Shown here: piece after piece, positions 55,446-64,000 of the stretch
Layout: every line of letters starts with the position of its first letter
How positions within the stretch are numbered: position 1 is the stretch's first letter
Origin: Octopus vulgaris
Taxonomy: Eukaryota
DNA length: 64,000 nt
Direction: 5' to 3'
NCBI GenBank assembly: GCA_951406725.2
Contig: OX597833.1
Location: forward strand, 18,166,001 to 18,230,000
Program-made: the position numbers and the translations under genes
The notes under the pieces: generated by a model
What the model saw: only the letters and a program-made list of their open reading frames with translations
The model's database searches: none
What the model was told of the DNA's origin: nothing

Positions 55446-55760
55446 AAGGCGCGTGGCTTAGTCAAGGTATTCGGCTCACAATCGTAAGGTCGTGAGTTTG
55501 ATACTCGGCGGCGCGTTGTATCCTTAAGCAAGACACTTTAATTTCACGTGGCTGCAGTCCACTCAGTGAGTTGTACATGTTAATTCAAAGGGCTCTCGAT
55601 GTTAGATTCTGTGTCACACTGAGTCTCCCTAAGAACTACATTAAGGGCAGGCACCTCCGTCGTGTACTCAGCCACTTTCCCTTTAATTCCACGATTCACG
55701 AGCAGACCGTTCCATTGATCGGATCAAGCGAAACATTCGTTCGTAACCGACGGTGTAGTG
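55446..55760 (+). mobile_element. SINE-C head with tail type ii
   Basis: Tail TTCAAAGGGC...GAACTACATTAAGGG...CCGTTCCATTGATCGGATCAA...GTAACCGACGG matches the tail of 23118-23503. Confidence 0.75.
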
Positions 55761-56018
55761 CTGCGCGGTAAGAGGCTTGCTTCCCAACCAATATGGTTCC
55801 GGGTTCAATCTCACGGCGTAACATCTTGGGCAAGTGTCTTCTACTATAGCCTCGGGCCGACCAAAGCCTTGAGTGAATTTCGTAGTGAGAAACTGAAAGA
55901 AACCTGTCGGGACAAGAACGCAAAACATCCAGACAGATGATATAAAGAAAACAAGGACGGGTCATTCGGAGTATTCTTTCCTCAGTCGAGTTCCAGATTA
56001 TCTTTGCAATTTCGGATG

Positions 56019-56075
<57 letters not shown>

Positions 56076-57239
56076 GTGTCTGTGTTTGTCCTCCCACCAA
56101 TGCTTGACAACTGATGCTGGTGTGTTTACGTTCCCGTAATTTAGCGGTTCGGCACAAAAGACCGATGGAATAAGTACTAGGCCTAGGATCGATTTGTTCG
56201 ACTAAAACCCTTCCGAGCTATACTATGACTAAAACAAGTCAGAATAGAAATAAATTAGTTCTGCTCTTTATAACAACTGTATGCTATGAAGGCTAAGTGT
56301 CATCAGAAGTTTGTGTGTGTGTGTGTTTTTGAAGGGAACAAATATTGAATTATATCTTATTATTTCGATACATTAAAGGGGATTCAGCTTTGTATACATT
56401 GAAATTATCAACCGAAGGTTTTGAAAGAATTACTTTTCTGAGAATCAAAGCTACATCAACGGTTACGAACAGTAGACCCAGTTGCTAAAATGAAACGTTA
56501 CTAGATCAGTTCCTGTTCTATCTAAGTGATGTCACATAACAATATTCTTTTCTACTCTAGGAGCAAAGCCCCAAATTTTAGGGGTGGGGGCCAGTCGATT
56601 AGATCGACCACAGTACGCAACTGGTACTTAATTTATCGACCCCAAAAATAGGATGAAAGTCAAAGTCAACCTCGGCGGAATTTGAACTCAGAACATAAAG
56701 ATAGAAGAAATACTGATAAGCGTTTCGCTCAGCGTGCTAACGATTCTGCCAGCTCACCGTCTTATAACACCTGGCAATATTAGTATATGAACTCAAGGCG
56801 ATGAGCAGGTAGAATCATTCGCATGCCGAATAAAATGCCTGGCGGCATTTCTTCCGGTTTTACGTTTTGAATTCGAATTCCGCTGAAGTCGTCGTTGCCT
56901 TTCATCCCTTAATAAAGTAACAATTGAATACTGGTCCTGATGTAAGCGACTTACTCCCTCCCCATAAAGCGTTGCCCTTGTACCAAAATTTCATATCAAT
57001 AATAATATACGAAGTGAAGGAGGCAAGCTAGCAGAAACCTTAGCACGCCGAGACACAGGGGGTTATGTAATCGACTAGTCCCCTCCCCACAAATTTCAGA
57101 CCTTGTAGAAAGGATTATTAGATATTTAATTTTTTTTTAAATTCTTAAAATATTTGCTGTATTGTAGGGTTAGGGTTAGGGTTTTATTGCTCATCAATTT
57201 TAACAAAAAGTTTTATATGGACCCCAGTTCAATACCACT

Positions 57240-57456
57240 AGTCTACCCGATCCCAAAACGGTCATGACTTAAGTACCACTTGTGGGCAAGCCCAAAATGG
57301 GCAGGCCGAAGATCACTTGGCAGCAGATATTTCAAGGTGACTTGAAGTCATTTGACATTACATGGAAAGGATGGGCAAGAGTAGCAGTCGACCAAATCCG
57401 GTGGAAGAAGCTTGCTGCCCAATTCTTTGAGCAGAACAGAAGAACCTAAATCTAAG
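57240..57456 (+). pseudogene. RTE LINE 3' end fragment
   Basis: GKPKMGRPKITWQQIFQGDLKSFDITW...AVDQIRWKKLAAQ..NRRT*. Confidence 0.7.
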
Positions 57457-57929
57457 AAAAAGAGGGATGAGGCATAAGGCTGTCATACAAGTTGGGGTTG
57501 GTTGGTGAGTCAGTGAGAGATGATTAACCCTGATTTTGTTTGTTTGGGATAGGTCTGGAGTGGGTTAATTAGAAGATAGTATCTCAGAGCACAAGATCTA
57601 CAAGCTTTCATTTTAATTGCGAAAGATATTATGCAGTTCAATGGTCAATATTCACTTTCGAAGTTTTTCTCCAAATATCTTCTTTCATGAACAGAATTTT
57701 GAGATCTTGAGATTATTCTACAGCTTGAAGTAGGGAGCTTATTAAAACTCATCAAATTTAAGTGGATAAAAATTAAGTTTTGTATTTCCAATATTGACAT
57801 TATACGTATATTGATGTTTAAAATTATTATATGTGTATTCTGAGACACGAGGAAAAGATTCGCTGACAGTAGTCGGAAGTCATTTGATAACTGGGATACA
57901 CTGTGGCAGAGTGATTCTAGCAGCTATAC

Positions 57930-58158
57930 CTATTTCTTTACTACCCACAAGGGGCTAAACACAGAACGGACAGACAAGGACAGACAAACGGATTAAGTCG
58001 ATTATATCGACCCCCAGTGCGTAACTGGTACTTATTTAATCGACCCCGGAAGGATGAAAGGCAAAGTCGACCTCGGCGGAATTTGAACTCAGAACGTAAC
58101 GGCAGACGAAATACCACTAAGCATTTCGCCCGGCATGCTAACATTTCTGCCAGCTCGC
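57930..58158 (-). mobile_element. SINE-B
   Basis: Flanking duplication GCAGCTATACCT. Confidence 0.88.
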
Positions 58159-58586
58159 AGCTATACCTAAAAAGTTTCTTTTTGATACACTGTGTGGGAA
58201 ATATTTTTCACATATAAGGAGCTTCTTTTCACCAGTGTAAGTTCTGGATACTAGAATGTTTCATTAGCTTTCGACTGAAGAGTTCAAATTAATCATTAGT
58301 GACACTTATAACCAAGGAAAGGAGCTATCTGTGATAGGCACGTAACATGAATATTTTGTAGAGTCCTAAACACTGTCTTGGAATCGAACCAGGATCGCTG
58401 TGTTCGAACGACCAGGATTTGTTAGAGATTTATAACGTCAGCAAAAAAACCGACCAGTTAGGTCTCTAGTAGAAATCGCAGCATCAACACAATCGTGACC
58501 CGCCCATTGGTTTATGACGTCAGGAACGAACTGACCACTAAAATCTCTGGTAGAACAGGATGTCTTTAACAATTTCCTTTTTCGGA

Positions 58587-59171
58587 AAGGGCGGTGAGCT
58601 GGCAGAAACTTTAGCACTCCGGGCTAAATGCATAGTGATACTTCCTCTGTCTTTACGTTCTGAGTTCAAATTCCGCCGAGGTTGATTTTGCCTTTCATCC
58701 TTTCAGGGTCGATAAATTAAGTACCAGTTACGCACTGGGGTCGATGTAATCGACTTAATACCTATGTCTGTCCTTGTTTGTCCCCTCTGTGTTTAGCCCC
58801 TTGTGGGTAATAAAGAAATAGGTATTTCGTCTGCGTTACGTTGTGAGTTCGAATTCCGCCGAGGTCGACTTTGCCTTTCATCCTTTCGGGGTCGATAAAT
58901 TAAGTACCAGTTACGCACTGGGGTCGATGTAATCGACTTAATACCTATGTCTGTCCTTGTTTGTCCCCTCTGTGTTTAGCTCCTTGTGGGTAATAAAGAA
59001 ATAGGCACTTCTTCTGTCTTTACGTTCTGAGTTCAAATTCCGCCGAGGTCGACTTTGCCTTTCATCCTTTCAGGGTCAATAAATTAAGTACCAGTTGCGT
59101 ACTGGGGTCAATCTAATCGACTGGCCTCCTCCCCCAAAATTTTGTGCCTTGTGCCTAGAGTAGAAAAGAAT
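58587..59171 (+). mobile_element. SINE-B trimer (last unit has a different tail)
   Basis: Flanking duplication AATTTCCTTTTTCGG; junctions at about 58821 and 59004. Confidence 0.88.
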
Positions 59172-59411
59172 TTCCTTTTTCGGCGCTTTTCATTCAGATC
59201 TTATTTCGCTCAATAAAGAAGGATTTTCAAATTTTGATATCGCCAGCTTTTGTTATGCGCATTTTGTTATGTTTCTAAGATCCTTTAGATTTTCTTTTAT
59301 ATATTACATATCACTTTATTTATTTTTGCCATTTCAATTCATTATATTACAGCACACTCTACTATACATCTCCCACTCTCAAGTCCTCATCACCACCACA
59401 GCAACAACAGT

Positions 59412-59785
59412 GGAGGCGCAATGGCCCAGTGATTAGGGCAGCAGACTCGCGGTCGGAAGATCGCAGTTTCGATTCCCAGACCGGGCGTTGTGTGTGTTTA
59501 GTGAGCGAAAACACCTAAAGCTCCACGAGGCTCCGGCAGGGGGTGGTGGCGACCCCTGTTCTACTCTTTCGCCCCAACTTTCTCTCAATCTTTCTTCCTG
59601 TTTCTTGTCCCCGATTTCCTACACAACCGCTGAGCCTGGATGCGCATTCATCCATCCGTCGATGCTCTCGGTGTCGGGGGTTGACCTGCTTTCAATTCTG
59701 CGGGTCTTACGAATAGCAAAGGACCACGATTCGGACTTCTCCCACTGCGAGCTCTGGGACGAAGACCGCTTCGTTCAACAGCAAC
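59412..59785 (+). mobile_element. SINE-D with tail type i
   Basis: Matches the reverse complement of 9484-9877. Confidence 0.9.
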
Positions 59786-59977
59786 AGCATCGTCAGCAAC
59801 ATCGACACCCCCTGAACGTTACTGCCCCAAGTTTTAGGACCTGTAGGGCCGGTTACCTGGTTTTCGTAAGCGACCGAGAGCACAACATTCCCACCCCCCA
59901 ACCCTGTACAGAATGCCAACCCATTGTAGGGTTCTAAGTCACTGATTTTGAGGGGAAGGCTGAAGTCGATTCGAGTC

Positions 59978-60116
59978 GACCCCAGTACCCGACTGGTACT
60001 TTAATTTATCTACCCCAGGACTAGACTGGTACTTTATTTTATCGACGCCAGTACTCGACTGGTACTTTATTTTATCTACCCCAGGACTAGACTGGTACTT
60101 TATTTTATTGACCCCA
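59978..60116. repeat. 33-bp tandem repeat (ABAB) inside a SINE-B relic
   Basis: Units start at 59978, 60011, 60044 and 60077. Confidence 0.85.
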
Positions 60117-60683
60117 TTTCATCGACCCCCGAAGAGATGAAATACAAAGTTTACCTCAGTGGGATTAGAACTCAGAACATCAAGAGTTACGGAAGAAATG
60201 ACGGTAAGCATTTTGTCCGACGTGCGAAAGATTCTACCAGTTCGCCGTTTTACGATTAGATGGTCCGTTGGAAAAAATTATTTCCACATTTTTTCGTCAA
60301 TTAATAAACACAGGATACTTTCTCATTTAAACGTGACATTTTCTGAAATGATATTTGGTATTATATTTCGGTAGTCTTTAGTAACAGAGTAAATAGTTAG
60401 AGCTAGGGGGGGACTCGCCTACGAACATAGCTGAATGACATTAACGAGATATGACCTCTTTATCTGCTATCTTTTACTTCTTTCAGACATTAGACTGCGG
60501 CCATGCTGGGGCACCACCTTGAAAAATGTTAGTCGAAAGAATCTATCCCAGCACTTATTTTTTAAGCCTGGTACTTATTCTATCAGTATATTTTTGCCGA
60601 ACTACTACGATACGGGGACGTAAACACACCAACACTGGTTGTCAAGCAGTAGTAGAAACAAACAGACGCAAAGACACATACAC

Positions 60684-61029
60684 ACGTCTGGCTTTGGGTA
60701 AAAGGAAATACAGGGAATCAGTTAATTAGGATTTTATTCAACATATTCCCCTCTCAGATTCACACACTCACTGCAGTGGTCCTTCAGTTTTTCTAAGCCC
60801 TGTGAAAGGACTCTGGAGGTTGGCCCTCCAACCAAGCCTTTCGCAAAACCCTTAAAGCTAAGAACTTTTCAGCACTTACTTTTATTCAACATATTCCCCT
60901 CTCAGATTCACACACTCACTGCAGCGGTCCTTCAGTTTTTCTAAGCCCTGTGAAAGAACCCTGGAGGCTGGCCCTCCAGCCAGGCCTTTCGCAAAACCCT
61001 TAAAGCTAGGAACTTTTCAGCACTTACTT
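60684..61029 (-). mobile_element. Mariner-derived MITE with ~148-bp tandem duplication, inside SINE-A (60470-61172, minus)
   Basis: Units at 60732 and 60880 each end in GAACTTTTCAGCAC; minus strand encodes GLEKLKDRCSECVNLRGEYVE* (mariner C-terminus). Confidence 0.75.
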
Positions 61030-61904
61030 ATATATGACAAACATCTTTCAGTTTTTCACTTCCAAATCCACTCACTAAGCTTTGGTCGGCTTTGGTCCCA
61101 CTTGCCTTAGGTGTCACGCAGTGGGACCGAACCCGGAACCATGTGGTTGGGAAGCAAATTTGTTACCACAAAGCCTCGAATTGGTTACAAAATCTTCCTC
61201 AATTTTCAAATTTGAATGAGAGCAAGGGGGGTCCGTCATTCTAAATATAGTATTTTCTGCATTGGTGCGTAAAAGCCTATAGAACAGGGACCTCATAGTA
61301 TAACATCTCTAATGGTTGTAGTTTGTTCATGTTTTAGGACTTATCTCTATATTTCTAAACATCACATTAGCAAAAGAATTTCATCAGAACTAACGTTAAA
61401 CATTTACGTTTTCTGAATCTATTTTCAAATTTTTCATATTTTATGATGAAATATTTGGATTGCAAAATGGAACAGAATGATATGATGATCCTTTGGTTCC
61501 AGGTTCAGTCCCACTCTGTGGCAATTTGGGCAAGTTCCTTCTACTATAACCTCGAGCCGGCCAAAGCTTTGTCAGTGGATTTCGCAGACGGAAACTGAAA
61601 GAAACCCATCGTATATATGTCTATATATGTGTGTGTATGTGTGTGTGTGCGTGTGTGTGTGCGTGTATGTGTGTGTGTGTGTCTGTGTGTGCATGTGTGT
61701 GTATTCTACCACCGCTTGATAACTGGTGTTTGTGTGTTTACATCCCCTTATCGTAGCGGTTCGGCAAAAAGGGACGATAAAATAAGTAGCAAAATTTAAA
61801 AAACAAGTCCTGGGGTCTATTTGTTGGACCAAGAGTTCTTCAAGGCGTTGCCCCAGTATGGCCACAGTCAAAAGACTGAAACAGATAAACGATTAAAGAT
61901 ATAT

Positions 61905-62183
61905 CTGGAATTTATTTACATTATTTACGTTTGGCGGATATTTGTCGTCATCTCGTTTGTTGTTAACACAACATTTCAGGTGTCTTGGGGGAAATTTCGA
62001 ACCTGGGTTCTCATTCCTAAGGTATTTTTCGATGTTATTATTATTATTAGTAGTAGTATTAGTATTATTGTTCAGGTCACTGCTTGGAATCGAACTCGGA
62101 ATCTTGAGGTTAGTAGCCCGCACTCTTAACCACTACGCCATATGCCCGAATGTAAATAATGTAAATAATGTACATAATTCCAG
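61905..62183 (-). mobile_element. tRNA-headed element with inverted (GTAAATAAT)-repeat ends
   Basis: A box TGGCGTAGTGG and B box GTTCGATTCC at about 62073-62146; ~30-bp inverted ends starting CTGGAATT. Confidence 0.65.
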
Positions 62184-62289
62184 TCTCTTAAATATAGAAC
62201 TATAATATCTAGAATTGTTCATTTTTGGTTGTCCAAGCACACAGAACACGTTTTATTGATGTGCTTATATATCCAAATTATCCCTTCCT

Positions 62290-62463
62290 CTTTACATGTT
62301 TCGGTCAATGGACTGCGACCATGCTGGAGCACCTCATGGAAGGGCTTAGTCCAACAAATTGACCCCAGAATTTTTTTATTTGTTTTTAATCTGCCACTTA
62401 TTGTATCTCTCTGTTTTATTGAATTTCTAAATTATGGAGACGTAAACAAATGCAAACCCGTTG

Positions 62464-62522
<59 letters not shown>

Positions 62523-62930
62523 AGACTTGCTTCCACACAGTTTCCTATTTCTTTATTGCCCACAAGGGGCTAAACGTAGAGAGGGCAAACAACGACAGAC
62601 AAACGGATTAAGTGGATTACATCGACTCCAGTGCGTAACTGGTACTTAATTAATCGACCCCGAAAGGATGAAAGGCAAAGTCGACCTCGGCGGAATTTGA
62701 ACTCAGAACGTAATGGCAGACGAAATACGGCTACGCATTTCGCCCGGCGTGCTAACGTTTCTGCCAGCTCGTTTCCGTCAACCGAATTCATTCACAAGGC
62801 ATTGGTCGGCCTAGGGTTATAATGCAACACACTCTCCCAAAACGCCACGCAGTGGGTGGGAGTGAACCCCTAACCACGTGGTCGTCTTGTAAAACGAGCT
62901 TCTAAACCACGCACCCATGCCTGCACCTAT
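62290..62930 (-). mobile_element. Diverged SINE-A with nested SINE-B (62545-62771)
   Basis: Match to both families. Confidence 0.8.
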
Positions 62931-63269
62931 TGTTTAAGAACTTGTGGGTTCGTTAGTTTATTTTAACCATCATCGCTTAGACCACGCTGGAGCATATCAA
63001 ATGAACACGCCACATCATTTCGTGAGAACACATCACCTACACTCCCGCCTACAATTAGCCACCACCTACGCCTAATCACTATGCATTCATCAGTTTACAT
63101 ATTTGTGTATTCATTCGTTGCAGGAAGTCCTTTTAAGCCCCTATTTTATTCATTTACTGTTCATGACGTTATAGCTTTTGAGACAACTTGATTCACTTTT
63201 TCTGATTCATCATTAGTCACTTACAATGTTTTATATATCATATATCTAACCGACATTTTTATTTTGCAG

Positions 63270-63324
63270 TAGTAAACCAGACCTAGTTTCATCATCGAGA
63301 AAGCAGTCTTTATTGTGTGCAAAG
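63270..63324 (+). other. Candidate 55-bp internal exon
   Basis: Branch-like CTAAC at 63246, T-tract, CAG acceptor at 63267-63269, donor AAG|GTAAAT; one open frame SKPDLVSSSRKQSLLCAK with no recognisable homology. Confidence 0.35.
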
Positions 63325-63799
63325 GTAAATCTCATTCCTTTATTTACTTGCCAACAGAAATGGTTTCGTCTGTCTAAATCTTCTTTTCATGTTTTAATCT
63401 CATTTATATTTTTAGATTCTCCCAAGAACTACTAACTTTTGTTACATTTACCAGACTCCAATTACAATCTTATACGATTACGTGACTTATAACTCACCCG
63501 TCCCTTCATTAACGTGTACCATATTGAATTGCGAAAGTGTGTGGCCAAATGGCAAGGATGTGGATCTTCAGATCGTAGTTTCGATTCGCGAACCTAGAAG
63601 TGCATTGTATTCTTCAGCAAAACACTACATTTCATTTTGTTCGTGTCCACTCAGCTGTAAATGAGTAATCCTGCGACGGAGTAGTTTTCTATTTAAGAGT
63701 AAAGTTGTAATCTTGGTCGCCTGTAATGCCAAAGAAAGCGGATAACTGGATCTGTGAGGCCAAGGACTCGAGCCAGTAATATCAAGGGGAGTTAAGTCA

Positions 63800-64000
63800 G
63801 CGAGCTGGCAGAAACGTTAGCACGCCGGACGAAATGCTTTGCGGTATTACGTCTGCCGTTACGTTCTGAGTTCAAATTCCGCCGAGGTCGACTTTGCCTT
63901 TCATCCTTTCGGGGTCGATAAATTAAAGTACCAGTTACGCACTGGGGTCGATGTAATCGACTTAATACCTATGTCTGTCCTTGTTTGTCCCCTCTATGTT
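63800..64000 (+). mobile_element. SINE-B (runs off window end)
   Basis: Match to SINE-B. Confidence 0.9.

Noticed and set aside
59978-60116. 33-bp repeats resembling a CRISPR array
   Set aside because: Head-to-tail with no unique spacers, derived from a SINE, eukaryotic context, no cas genes.

Overview
Animal genomic DNA, AT-rich and saturated with repeats. The SINE repertoire and microsatellite load look like an octopus (coleoid cephalopod) intronic or intergenic region; this is inferred from repeat style, not proven. I see no intact host protein-coding gene, and nearly all listed ORFs are microsatellite or SINE read-throughs. Supported content: (1) four tRNA-headed SINE types, here called A-D, with many copies and interchangeable heads and tails; (2) a full-length Hsmar1/SETMAR-like mariner with TIRs, an older mariner relic and a mariner-derived MITE; (3) an ORF1-only (HAL1-like) non-LTR element with a CCHC knuckle and a 15-bp TSD; (4) RTE LINE 3' fragments, one with three C2H2 fingers; (5) two non-autonomous Helitrons and several hAT MITEs; (6) three foldback MITEs carrying telomere-like CCCTAA cores, two with perfect 9-bp TSDs; (7) a Penelope GIY-YIG relic plus several type I hammerhead ribozyme motifs, densest at 49.5-50.9 kb; (8) a mosaic ~1.57-kb triplication. 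A few isolated candidate exons have low support. All alignments were done by eye, so boundaries without a stated TSD or TIR are approximate.
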